A stretch of DNA of 63,144 nt from NCBI GenBank assembly GCA_041746255.1, contig JBGTHM010000090.1:1-63144 (forward strand). Reading direction: 5' to 3'. Position 1 is the stretch's first letter, and the number at the start of each line of letters is the position of its first letter. The stretch is from Fibrobacteria bacterium (GTDB lineage: Bacteria; Fibrobacterota; Fibrobacteria; UBA11236). The translations under genes and the position numbers were made by a program. The notes under the pieces are model-generated. The model worked only from the letters and a program-made list of their open reading frames with translations, ran no database searches and was not told the DNA's origin. Positions 18,597 to 28,109 of this stretch are shown one piece after another.

Positions 18597-19607
18597 TTAG
18601 TTGTTTTCATCCCCATTTGAAGGTAATACCACTTCATTCAAGATTTCACCCCGTGCATTCTTTCCAAGGTGAACTTCTCCTAGATGGCACACAACGCTTC
18701 CGTCGAATTCGCCGCGTGGCATGTAGGGAATAGAACGTGAATCTTTAAAAGAAATTTTGCCTTTTATTTGCGTACATAACTGCGGCTGATTTTTTTCAGG
18801 AACCGTTATCCAATCAGAAGCTTTTGCAATAAAGCTTCTCTTATTTTCAAATACAGCTTGTTTTAATTCTTCATGCTTGGGTAGCACCTCAACCAAGGAA
18901 GCAATAGCGTGGTAAGGTCCGGTCATCGATTTATCCAAATGTGTTTGAAGTCGAAGGTAAAATGAATCGACTTCCACCGTAGGAGGATTGTTAAATGCCA
19001 CAAAACCAGCCCCCGTTAAACCGAACAAACCCTTGCAGGAACTATATCCGATAACATCTGCTATCTCATGGCCTTTTTCAAGACCTATTGACGCAGTGGC
19101 GTCCAGCATCAATCGTGCACTAGTACGATTTGCCAAGGCTGCCAATGCCTCGATTTCCAGCTTTATCCCCCGACTTGTCTCCGTATAACAGGCTAAAATC
19201 CAATCGAAACGGCCCCATAAATTATTGATTTCCCTCCAATCCGCAGTTACTATCTCTTTTATTTGCTTTTTTTGGCGCAAAGCAGAGTTTGCCAAAAAAT
19301 GTAGGCGATCGGAATAATATCCCGTGGATACCACAAGAACACGTCCATACAAAAAATTTAGCGCCATTATTTCCAGCGCTAGGCTTGCGGAACCCTGAAA
19401 ACGAGCGATGTTACCATGGCCACTCATGCTTTTCAGAGCTGCCAGAACCCTTTCTTCTACTTGATCGTAGTCAGAATCTCCGCGTCCAAAGCACGGCCGC
19501 AAACCTATGATATTTTCACACAACAAACTCGCTGGGCCGGGGGTAAAAAGAAGTTTTCCTCCGTTTCTATCTCGGACCAGCTCTTCTATCGTTTTGCTGC
19601 TATCCAT
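18597..19607 (-). CDS. Class V PLP aminotransferase, AEP-transaminase-like (divergent)
   Basis: LLFTPGP, QGSAS, GYYSDRL, TETSRG, LDATASIG, PLP lysine in SSCKGLFG; directly downstream of ppd. Confidence 0.8.
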   Translation of the reverse strand: MDSSKTIEELVRDRNGGKLLFTPGPASLLCENIIGLRPCFGRGDSDYDQVEERVLAALKSMSGHGNIARFQGSASLALEIMALNFLYGRVLVVSTGYYSDRLHFLANSALRQKKQIKEIVTADWREINNLWGRFDWILACYTETSRGIKLEIEALAALANRTSARLMLDATASIGLEKGHEIADVIGYSSCKGLFGLTGAGFVAFNNPPTVEVDSFYLRLQTHLDKSMTGPYHAIASLVEVLPKHEELKQAVFENKRSFIAKASDWITVPEKNQPQLCTQIKGKISFKDSRSIPYMPRGEFDGSVVCHLGEVHLGKNARGEILNEVVLPSNGDENN

Positions 19608-20745
19608 TGGTCTCCTGAAGAAATTCCATGAATTCCTTTTTATTTTGCGATGGTTTGCGATCTGGACGACCTAGGTTTTTTCGAGCCCCCTTTTTGCATT
19701 TGATTTCCAAAAAACTGCTCCCCCTTTTCGCCATCATCGTGCTTACACTATTCTTTATACCTTCGATAGTTTGGGCACACGCTACCTGGGTATATCCGCA
19801 GGCCGCCGCAATTTTGCAAAAATCTACGACGGCTCCTTTGGTCGGTTGGCCTCCGACCGAATCATGGCAGGCATTGTTTATTACGACATGCAACAAATTG
19901 GGACAATCGGCACTTACAGCCATTCCCCCCATATGCATCAATATCGCACCATCTCCATCAAGGCATACGACCTGTTGTTCGGGCCTTGTGTAAGCAATTC
20001 CAGCAGCAATCTGGTTAGCATGACCCATACCCCCGACCGTCAAAAAATCCCTGTGATGTCCGGTATCATCTGCCTTCCGCATTTCGAAAAGCTCCCTTGA
20101 AGCCATTCCGGTGGTCGAAACAATGCATACCTGCTCCGGTAACCCTTTTACAACCGCATGAATGGCCGCCTCTCTCGTTAACCCCGTTCCCATTTCCTCA
20201 GTATTTCCAGTCTTGAATGGCATGAATGTCCCCGATCTTATTAATAGGGCAACTGGCCTCGATTCCATGGTTGCCTTTTTAACCATTTCCCTCATAGTTG
20301 GTTCAATTATTTTCATGCTTCCATCAATTACTCGATAGGGTATGTTTAATATTTTTAATTGTGCTTCTGTGATTTTTCCCTGTTGAATATGCTGAGGTTC
20401 GTCGTGTGCCTGCTGCCCATCGAGTCTAATCTCCCCCCGCCACCCTACCATAAGTACCATCGGAACAGCATAGACTTGTGAGTCAGCAAGGGACGTCAGC
20501 GGATTGATAACATTCCCTAAACCGGAGTTCTGCATGTAAACCAATGCGGGTTTCCCTGAGGCGAGATAATGTCCGATAGCTAGTGCAGTCGCGGAACCTT
20601 CATTTGTGGCAATGATATGCCTATTCGCCGGTAGGTGCTCTGAAATACAAGCACAAACATCCTTTAGAAGGGAGTCGGGTATTCCGGTTACAAATTTTAT
20701 GTCCAAACTTTCCATACAGGAAAGAAATTCCATTGGATCGATCAT
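19600..20745 (-). CDS. aepY: Phosphonopyruvate decarboxylase
   Basis: TGIPDSLLK, NEGSA, YMQNSGLGN, DEPQH, STTGMASRELFE, DFLTVGGMGH, DGDGA, HDSVGGQPT. Confidence 0.95.
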   Translation of the reverse strand: MIDPMEFLSCMESLDIKFVTGIPDSLLKDVCACISEHLPANRHIIATNEGSATALAIGHYLASGKPALVYMQNSGLGNVINPLTSLADSQVYAVPMVLMVGWRGEIRLDGQQAHDEPQHIQQGKITEAQLKILNIPYRVIDGSMKIIEPTMREMVKKATMESRPVALLIRSGTFMPFKTGNTEEMGTGLTREAAIHAVVKGLPEQVCIVSTTGMASRELFEMRKADDTGHHRDFLTVGGMGHANQIAAGIAYTRPEQQVVCLDGDGAILMHMGGMAVSADCPNLLHVVINNACHDSVGGQPTKGAVVDFCKIAAACGYTQVACAQTIEGIKNSVSTMMAKRGSSFLEIKCKKGARKNLGRPDRKPSQNKKEFMEFLQETNG

Positions 20746-22043
20746 TTCATTGTACCCGGTATCAACTCCAATATTTCCTGAATCCCCATCAACTGCGAAT
20801 CCACCTCCGCGGAACGCCCATTCAGCAATATTGCTTGGGCCACCTTTCGCATAGCCGGATATGCGGCCCTCAATAAATGGTTTGCATAAATCACAATATT
20901 GAAACCATTTTCAGAGAGCATATTTTCCGTCGCCGTGTTATAACTGGTCGGCACGCATACAAGGGGCAAGTCTGGAAAACTCTTGCGAAATATTCGGGAA
21001 AATTCGAATACTTCGTCCGGATCCTTCCTTCGACTATGGATCATAATCCCATCCGCTCCAGCCTGTGCATATGCCTCAGACCGTTTGATAGCGTCCTTCA
21101 TTCCCTTTTCTAAAATAAGACTCTCTACACGCGCTATTATCATAAAGTCTTCACTTACGCGACTAGCGCGTCCGGCTTTTATTTTTTCACAAAACGACTG
21201 CATGTCTTCCTGGCTTTGGTCAACAGAATTTCCTAACAGGGAGTTCTTTTTCAAACCATTCTTATCCTCGATTATAACGGCAGAAATTCCCAACCGCTCC
21301 ATTGTCCTGACATTTAGTTCGAAATGTTCGTGCTTTCCTCCGGTATCTCCGTCTATTATCATCGGCTTGGTCGTCACCTCGAATATGTCATTCACATTCG
21401 ACAATCTACTGCTTATATCCAACGCTTCGATGTCCGGTTTCCCCTTAGCTGTGGAATCCGTAAGGGAGCTGGACCAGAATCCATCGAACTGCCGAATCTT
21501 TCCTTCCACTTGCACCTCCGCGTTTTCGGCGATAAGCGCCGAAATAGGATTGTGCGCCTCGATAAGCCGCAACATAGGTTTGGCATATAACAGCCGCTTC
21601 AACATTTTCCGTCGAATATCAGGAGTCGTACCGATTTCCTGCAATCGATTGGCTAATCCATTTGAAGAAACTCCCTTTGTATATGGAATTTCGATCAACT
21701 TTCCACCATACTCCGAAAGAGCTTTTATGGCTCTTTCGCGATATGGTGCCAGCGGACCCTCCAGCCAATCATCCCCATGGATCATATACTCCGGCCGGTA
21801 TTTGGTAATAGTGGGAGCATAATCCCACTCCTCCTGTGGTACCACTCGAGAAACTCCCGCGATGTTTTCGACGATTTTTTTACGATGCTCAAAGAGCAAG
21901 TGGGGCAGTCTCTTGTGATCCGCTATGGCCGAGTCCGTAAGCAACCCAACCAAAATATCGCCGTATGACCGGGCTTTTTCGATTATATTTATATGCCCAT
22001 GATGTAGGATATCCACTGTCATTCCGATATAGATCGTTGTCAT
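20742..22043 (-). CDS. aepX: Phosphoenolpyruvate mutase with N-terminal cytidylyltransferase domain
   Basis: PepM signature EDKX5NS (EDKNGLKKNS), DGDTGG, IARVES; N-terminal DILHHGH, HGDDW, YTKGVSS. Confidence 0.96.
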   Translation of the reverse strand: MTTIYIGMTVDILHHGHINIIEKARSYGDILVGLLTDSAIADHKRLPHLLFEHRKKIVENIAGVSRVVPQEEWDYAPTITKYRPEYMIHGDDWLEGPLAPYRERAIKALSEYGGKLIEIPYTKGVSSNGLANRLQEIGTTPDIRRKMLKRLLYAKPMLRLIEAHNPISALIAENAEVQVEGKIRQFDGFWSSSLTDSTAKGKPDIEALDISSRLSNVNDIFEVTTKPMIIDGDTGGKHEHFELNVRTMERLGISAVIIEDKNGLKKNSLLGNSVDQSQEDMQSFCEKIKAGRASRVSEDFMIIARVESLILEKGMKDAIKRSEAYAQAGADGIMIHSRRKDPDEVFEFSRIFRKSFPDLPLVCVPTSYNTATENMLSENGFNIVIYANHLLRAAYPAMRKVAQAILLNGRSAEVDSQLMGIQEILELIPGTMK

Positions 22044-22088
22044 CGCATAACCCCTGTATTTCCAACTGATACCCCTGTTGTCACGCTA

Positions 22089-23036
22089 TTATCTCCGGCG
22101 GGCAATATTTTTCTGCAATGCAACCACGCTTTTCCTGCCTATGGTAACCGAAAGGGAAGCCATTAATCCGATCATAAATGAAAATATCGCGATTTCTTTT
22201 CTCTTCGGCTTTGATCTTTCGTGGGGGACAACCGCTTCTTCCAATATTTCAAATGCTCGAGTACTTATCAACATCGATTTTTCGATCTCAAATCCAATCA
22301 TGTTGAGTATTTTTTCTCTTAGAGTGGGGTCCAAGGTATTTTTCAGCTGCCTTTCCAAATACTCCCTGTTTAGCTCGGAATCGCTTATAACATCTCCCCT
22401 TATTTTGTCATTCAGTGCTTTCAGGTAATAATCCACGATTTGTTTCGCTAGCGTAGAGTCGTGGGCATTCACTTCTACTCGGATTATTCCCCTTTTAGAA
22501 TCAACGGAAACGGCCAGCATTTTTTGTCTCAATAGTCTTACACCCTGTCTTTGAGTAGGGATTTTCGACGGGTCTCGAACATTCCATGAACTATCGGTCT
22601 TGTTCCACACTTCAGGAAAAAGTGCTGGCAGGAGGTTGTTTCCAGAAATAACCTCCTTCGCCAATTCATTGCCTTTCAATATGATCTCAATTTTATCAAG
22701 ATTGGTATTTCCGAATCCAAGCTGGGAAGCCACGATACCGCCCATGCCCCCCAATTGGGAAAACAGTCTGGATGCATCATTCCCTTTTCCCGCTTCCTTT
22801 AAGGCGATGATCGCCTGGGTTTGGTATACCGGTGGAGCCAGAAACGCATATACCAATCCCATTAATGTTGAAATGGCCGTAATGATTAAAATCCAAAATC
22901 GGTGTTTCCATACGGTAAGCAGGAGTTCCACGAAATCAATATCCGTTTCGCGCACACCATGCATGGAAGTGTTAGACGCCTCCCGAGAGCCGACTTGTTC
23001 CGATTGCACCTTTGCTGATTCGCTATCGCCAATCAT
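22089..23036 (-). CDS. wzz: Wzz/polysaccharide co-polymerase (chain-length regulator)
   Basis: IDFVELLLTVWK, TM1 followed by PPVY, coiled region, Pro-rich SKPKR then TM2. Confidence 0.88.
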   Translation of the reverse strand: MIGDSESAKVQSEQVGSREASNTSMHGVRETDIDFVELLLTVWKHRFWILIITAISTLMGLVYAFLAPPVYQTQAIIALKEAGKGNDASRLFSQLGGMGGIVASQLGFGNTNLDKIEIILKGNELAKEVISGNNLLPALFPEVWNKTDSSWNVRDPSKIPTQRQGVRLLRQKMLAVSVDSKRGIIRVEVNAHDSTLAKQIVDYYLKALNDKIRGDVISDSELNREYLERQLKNTLDPTLREKILNMIGFEIEKSMLISTRAFEILEEAVVPHERSKPKRKEIAIFSFMIGLMASLSVTIGRKSVVALQKNIARRR

Positions 23037-23081
23037 TTTTCACCTCACGGTGGAATCCAAGTATGCGTTTTTCATGTGATC

Positions 23082-25877
23082 CTAAAACACCGTCACAGCC
23101 ACGCCCACCGCAATCGCCGTCTGATAAATTATCTGCGTAATCTTACTCAAGGCATCCAGATAATCCTTCTTCGGCCCCTTCGGCGGCACGATGATCGAAC
23201 CACCCGCCTCAACACCCCTACTACCGAAAAACCACGTGTTCTGCGGAGTCAAAATACTTCCATCCGGCTTCACATAATAAATCTGCCCCTTATCCCCATA
23301 CTGCGTGGCCCCTCCCGCCTTAGCCAACGCCTTCCCAACCGTATTCGTCTGCTTCGAATGCACCACCGTCGTTGGGGAAAAAACCTCGCCCATAATCGAA
23401 ATCGTATTCGGATACGCGCCAATAAATAAGGAATCCCCATCTTCTATCGTAATATCAAAATCCCCACCCCGGAACTTCATTTTCCTATCCAAGTCGATAA
23501 CTACCCGCCCCAGATAAGGAGCCTCCTTTATTTCCTCCAACAAACTCTTGCGCGTATTCACCGCCAACATAATCGACGCCCGATCGTTTTCATTGGTGGT
23601 TTGCGTCAGCATATTATGCATTTGCTCTTCCAGCTTACGGCTGATCTCCTCGATATGCGCCAGTTGCTGGTCCTTTACCCGCTGACGAATAAACACCGTC
23701 CCCCGTAAATACGCCGCATCCGTAAACCCCCCTGCTCTTTCAATCACGTTTGAAAGCCGCTCCCCATTAGCTACCTCATATTTGCCCGGAAAGTTGAACT
23801 CCCCCGTCATATACACCACTGCCGATTCCCGGTAATCCACGATTTCCCGCAAGTAAACCGCATCCCCGTCCTGCAACTCGAAACGGTCGCCCCGCTCTAT
23901 CAATTCGGCCATGTTTACGTGGTGGATATTCCGGTTCACCACGCTATCGTTTTCGATCACCCTGCGCACCACTTCCACTCTCAGCCGAAAGGCGCCTTTT
24001 GTCAGGCCATTCGCCTGGCTGACCAATTCCTGAATCCCTAAATTCTCCGTCAATTCATATTTCCCCGGCGTTTTCACCGCGCCCACGATTCGCACCGATT
24101 TCGGTTGCATGAAATTTTCCCGGGGGAAAACAATCAGCGAATCGTAGGGCATAAGCACCACATTATTTTCATCGCCCGGATTGTCCATCAGGTTCGTCAG
24201 GTTCACCTTCAGCAAAGTCGAGAAAAAGGCTTCGCTGTCCTGGATTTTCAGCACCCGCAGCAAATGCGCCTCGGGAAGATAGGCTCCCATGGTCAGGCCG
24301 CCGCCCGCGATGATGAGATCCGAAACCCGCATCTGATCCACGAAATTGTATTCCCCCGGCTTACGTACCACCCCGGCTACCTTCACCTTGGGCTGGTCCA
24401 TCAAATCGTAGCGGCTGTAAATGATGACCGTATCACGCGGCATCAAAGGCACCGCGCTGCCCTGGTCCAGGACCTCCGCCAGGGAAAAGGGAATCAAAAG
24501 CGCCCGTTCATCCACCTCCGAAGAACGCTTGATATGCCCATAGCGGAAAAACGTCTCCGCCTTCAAATCACGATGCGAAGGAATCAAATCCTTCACCGTC
24601 ATGCCCGTTTTAAACTCGAAGCGTCCCGGACGGTTCACATTACCGCGCAAATACACCACGTCGAATTCCTGCGTCAAAACCTCGTCCACGAAAAGAATAT
24701 CGCCGTCTTGCAACACCACGTTCGCCTTCTGGTCCATCTTGTCCAAATGCACGTCCAGCACCACTTTGTGGTTATTCCGGTCTATCCGGTCCAGGCGCAC
24801 GCGCCCCTTATAGGCATTCGAAGTCAGGCCCCCCGACAATTCCAGAGCCGACAACACCTTGGTTCCCGGACGCACTTCATACACGCCCGGACGTTTCACC
24901 ATTCCCGTCACCGCCACCTGCGCCGGCGCCACCGGAATGAAAATCACGTCGCCCGGAAGCAATTGCCGGTCTTCGCGCTTACTGCCATGCAGCAGCATAT
25001 CGTATAGGTCGAGACCGGCCACCACCCGCCCGGCGCGCTTCAATTGGATATTGCGTAAACTGCCGATTTCCTTGATACCGCCGCTTTGGAATAACGCCGT
25101 GGTTACCGTCGCCCCCGCGGGCACCACATATGCGCCCGGCTTGTTCACTTCGCCCAGCACGAAAACCTGAATGCTTTTCATCCGGCCCATGGCCACCGAA
25201 GCCTTCACCCCATGGATGCGCTCCATCTCGCGCACCAGGGTTTTTTGTGCTTCTTCGAACTTCATCCCCGCCAACCGCATCGGCTCCAACGGCGGCACAT
25301 GCACCATGCCTTCATTATCGATGAAGACGGATTGCCGTTGGTTCTCCCGCCCCCAGGTATACAGAATGAGTTCGTCGCCGGGAGAAAGTTGATAATCGGG
25401 AAGCGACGCCATTTGACCCACGTCGGCCATGCCCGCATTGCGCGTGAAAAAGTCGAAGCCGAAGCGGGGGATATTGCGGGGAAAGCGGGAGCTGCCTTCA
25501 CCGTTGGTATCGAGTGCAACAGTTGGGTCCGTTGTGTCCGAAACCGTGGGCCTAACCGAGTCCACTTTCGGCCTACGAGAAGAAACCGGATAGTCCTCGG
25601 CGTTCTTAACCGAATCCAGTTTCGCTCTTATCTGGGCATTGCTGAGTTTGCGTAATTCCGGATGTTGTCTGCGCTGTTCCTCGATCATTTGATCGGTTAC
25701 TTTGAGGTTACCCGAGCGGATGGCTTCGATTAAGGCGCGTTCTTGCGATTGGGCGTGTAGGATTAAGGGGAAGAGGAGGAGCAACAAGAGTGGGAAGAGC
25801 CCCAGGGGAGCGACTGGCCGTCGAGCGTGAGGGACAACCTTAGCCTTCCCGAAGGGGGGAAACGCGAAAAGACTCAT
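23082..25877 (-). CDS. Large SLBB-repeat polysaccharide export protein (Wza/KpsD-like)
   Basis: Signal peptide, FGFDFF, DYQLSPGDEL, repeated G.V..PG.Y SLBB units, C-terminal amphipathic helix. Confidence 0.9.
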   Translation of the reverse strand: MSLFAFPPFGKAKVVPHARRPVAPLGLFPLLLLLLFPLILHAQSQERALIEAIRSGNLKVTDQMIEEQRRQHPELRKLSNAQIRAKLDSVKNAEDYPVSSRRPKVDSVRPTVSDTTDPTVALDTNGEGSSRFPRNIPRFGFDFFTRNAGMADVGQMASLPDYQLSPGDELILYTWGRENQRQSVFIDNEGMVHVPPLEPMRLAGMKFEEAQKTLVREMERIHGVKASVAMGRMKSIQVFVLGEVNKPGAYVVPAGATVTTALFQSGGIKEIGSLRNIQLKRAGRVVAGLDLYDMLLHGSKREDRQLLPGDVIFIPVAPAQVAVTGMVKRPGVYEVRPGTKVLSALELSGGLTSNAYKGRVRLDRIDRNNHKVVLDVHLDKMDQKANVVLQDGDILFVDEVLTQEFDVVYLRGNVNRPGRFEFKTGMTVKDLIPSHRDLKAETFFRYGHIKRSSEVDERALLIPFSLAEVLDQGSAVPLMPRDTVIIYSRYDLMDQPKVKVAGVVRKPGEYNFVDQMRVSDLIIAGGGLTMGAYLPEAHLLRVLKIQDSEAFFSTLLKVNLTNLMDNPGDENNVVLMPYDSLIVFPRENFMQPKSVRIVGAVKTPGKYELTENLGIQELVSQANGLTKGAFRLRVEVVRRVIENDSVVNRNIHHVNMAELIERGDRFELQDGDAVYLREIVDYRESAVVYMTGEFNFPGKYEVANGERLSNVIERAGGFTDAAYLRGTVFIRQRVKDQQLAHIEEISRKLEEQMHNMLTQTTNENDRASIMLAVNTRKSLLEEIKEAPYLGRVVIDLDRKMKFRGGDFDITIEDGDSLFIGAYPNTISIMGEVFSPTTVVHSKQTNTVGKALAKAGGATQYGDKGQIYYVKPDGSILTPQNTWFFGSRGVEAGGSIIVPPKGPKKDYLDALSKITQIIYQTAIAVGVAVTVF

Positions 25878-25968
25878 CTTGCCTTTCTAACCTGGAGGAG
25901 AAGGCCCGACCGGGGTCGGCGCGGTCTCAAATTTCCCTGTAAGCGATAAATTCCTTAGGTGCCCAAAA

Positions 25969-25997
25969 AGCTTATCATTTTCAGGGGGGGGGATCAA
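25969..25997 (-). promoter_or_regulatory. Sigma70-like promoter of module A with a C9 tract in the spacer
   Basis: Minus strand TTGATC (25997-25992), 17-nt spacer CCCCCCCCTGAAAATGA, TAAGCT (25974-25969) with an extended TGn element. Confidence 0.65.
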
Positions 25998-26020
25998 GCG
26001 ATTTTCCGAGTTTATAGTGC

Positions 26021-27166
26021 TTAGGGGAGCCCTTGCAGCAATTCCGGAAGTCCTTGGAGCAATTCCTCCATCGGCCAAATTTCGACTCCTTCCGTATACA
26101 TGCGGCGTGTGCCGCCATAAGCCAGAAAGAGCCTGGCCATGGGGTAATCCCTTGCGAATGCCGCCAATCCCCCGAGCGACTCGGGCTTCACCCTTTTTCC
26201 TCGTTTGACCTCAAAAGCGAGGATCCCTTTTGGCCCATAGAGTACGAAATCCACTTCTGTTTGATTGGAAGTTCTCCAATAATGGACTTTATAGCCCAAG
26301 TGCAGGGAGTCGTTAACCGCCACCAGGTTCTGCAATAGCAGGGTTTCAAAAGCGGGACCTTCCGCTTCTTCGGGGGTATCGAGAGGGCCGGCCGGTCGGA
26401 GCGTTCGATAAATCCCAACGTCGAAAAAATAGAATTTCGGGTGTAGTGCCAGGCGCCGCTTCGATCGTCTGGTGAAGGGAGGTATGCGCTGGGCGATCAT
26501 CAAATCATCCAGGATCCCGAAATAGCCTTCCGCCACCTTCCGGTTGACGCCGCATTCCGAGGCCACGGCCGAAATGTTCAACAGGCTGCCTTGGGAAAAG
26601 CTGGCCGCCTCCAGAAACCGGGCGAAAGCCGAAAGATTCCGGGTAAGACCTTCTTGTCTGATTTCCTCCTCCAAGTAGGTTTTTACATAGGATTCCAGAA
26701 ATTTTCCCGGATTGGGTTCCTCACCCAATGCCGGCAATAGCCCCTGTCTGAGCGCGCGCCCCAAATCGAAATCCCTGCCGATTTCCACAGCCGTCAACGG
26801 ATGCATGGCATAGGTCAAAGCCCGTCCGGCCAGCAGGTTCGTGCCTTGGCGCCGCAGTTTGCGGGCGCTTGAGCCGGTCAGGACGAATTTGAGGCGCTTA
26901 CTTTCCATCAATCGGTGGACTTCGTCCAGGAGCGCGGGAACCTTTTGGATTTCGTCTATGACAATGAAATCTGAAAATCGGGGAGGGATGAAGTTTTCCA
27001 GACGCTGGGGATTGGCGAGAAGATCGTTGAAAATCTCGGCCTCCAATAAATCCACATATACGGCCCCTGGAAAAGTATTTCTCACCCAAGTGGTCTTACC
27101 GGTGCCTCTTGGCCCAAACAGGAAGAAGCTCTTGTTTTCGGGAGGCTTAAGCAATCTGGAGTACAT
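26021..27166 (-). CDS. AAA+ ATPase (AAA_14 + DUF4143) with C-terminal nuclease-like fold
   Basis: GPRGTGKT, IVIDEIQK, LTGSSA, LAGRA, KFYFFDVG, YWRT...EVDFV...FEVK. Confidence 0.9.
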   Translation of the reverse strand: MYSRLLKPPENKSFFLFGPRGTGKTTWVRNTFPGAVYVDLLEAEIFNDLLANPQRLENFIPPRFSDFIVIDEIQKVPALLDEVHRLMESKRLKFVLTGSSARKLRRQGTNLLAGRALTYAMHPLTAVEIGRDFDLGRALRQGLLPALGEEPNPGKFLESYVKTYLEEEIRQEGLTRNLSAFARFLEAASFSQGSLLNISAVASECGVNRKVAEGYFGILDDLMIAQRIPPFTRRSKRRLALHPKFYFFDVGIYRTLRPAGPLDTPEEAEGPAFETLLLQNLVAVNDSLHLGYKVHYWRTSNQTEVDFVLYGPKGILAFEVKRGKRVKPESLGGLAAFARDYPMARLFLAYGGTRRMYTEGVEIWPMEELLQGLPELLQGLP

Positions 27167-27289
27167 AACTCCATTTTACATATAATTTTGGAGATTTAAA
27201 GGGCAAATTCCCGCTTCGGGGGGGCAGCGGGCTCTCCAACGATGCGAGCACCCCTTGATGCAACGCAATCAATTTTTTTTGGGGGAGGT

Positions 27290-27501
27290 GATGGCTCTAG
27301 GGTGGTCCAAGCGCGATGTCGAAATAGCGAGCGGACCTTTAGAGCACCCTTCCCTTTTTCCTTTATACTCATTTTGAGTACACGTAAAACAAGCCAGAAT
27401 CGCCACAATAGCCCCAGTTTTGCCGAATTTTACCCAAATCAGCTATCCGCAAATTGAGTATGGTGTAAAAATCCAGCCCGGCCCTCGGAAGGTTCACCCC
27501 G
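27290..27501. repeat. Copy 1 of a 212-bp direct repeat containing palindromic boxes
   Basis: Ungapped match to 28110-28321 (23 mismatches by manual count, about 89% identity); TACTCATTTTGAGTA at 27366-27380. Confidence 0.92.
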
Positions 27502-27716
27502 GTGTTAATTGCGGTTCGGTTCGGACCCCGCTGGTACTGGCGCCCCAATCCTTCTCAAAGAGCCTGGAATTCCCGCCTGGACTCGATTTATTTTTCAAGA
27601 AGAAAATCCGGCAAATACAGGCGAAGTAAAAATGCCGATTCCAGATACCCCAGATAATTCAAAACCGTATCCGTGGTTGCATTCGGAGGGTGGATAACCC
27701 TTAAATTACGGAGATT

Positions 27717-28016
27717 TCACCACTTCCGGTCGGCCAACCAGCCCCTGACTTCCGGGAATTCCCGGATAATCTGGGCCAAGAGCAAACTGCTACGGGGGAT
27801 GTGCTTACCGCCTTCCCAGCCTTGAAAAGTTCTGGTAGACACTTGGAGTAGCTCAGCGAATTCGGATTGGGAAAGTCGCAATTCGGCCCGCATCTCCCTA
27901 AGGAACATACGGTCGGAGAGGAGGTGGAGTCTACGCCTGAAGCGATTCTGTCTGGCGGTCGCTGCCTTGGCTTCCTCAATCTGCTTTTTCAATAGGGCGA
28001 CAAAATCCGTGGGCAT
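27717..28016 (-). CDS. XRE-family HTH protein (HigA/YiaG-like), orphan
   Basis: LREMRAELRLSQSEFAELLQVSTRTFQGWEGGKHIP. Confidence 0.85.
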   Translation of the reverse strand: MPTDFVALLKKQIEEAKAATARQNRFRRRLHLLSDRMFLREMRAELRLSQSEFAELLQVSTRTFQGWEGGKHIPRSSLLLAQIIREFPEVRGWLADRKW

Positions 28017-28109
28017 GGCCCGGAGAATAGCAGAAATCCGGTCCCGCAGATGTGACGGTCGTCAATGTTCAACTTCATCGGGGGCGGTGGAGCCTTGGAG
28101 CATTGGGGC

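Noticed and set aside
20983..21822. 279-aa plus-strand ORF (also 24105-25007, 32081-32752, 33631-34464, 29217-29900, 60489-61151)
   Set aside because: Antisense shadows of well-supported genes with no recognisable motifs.
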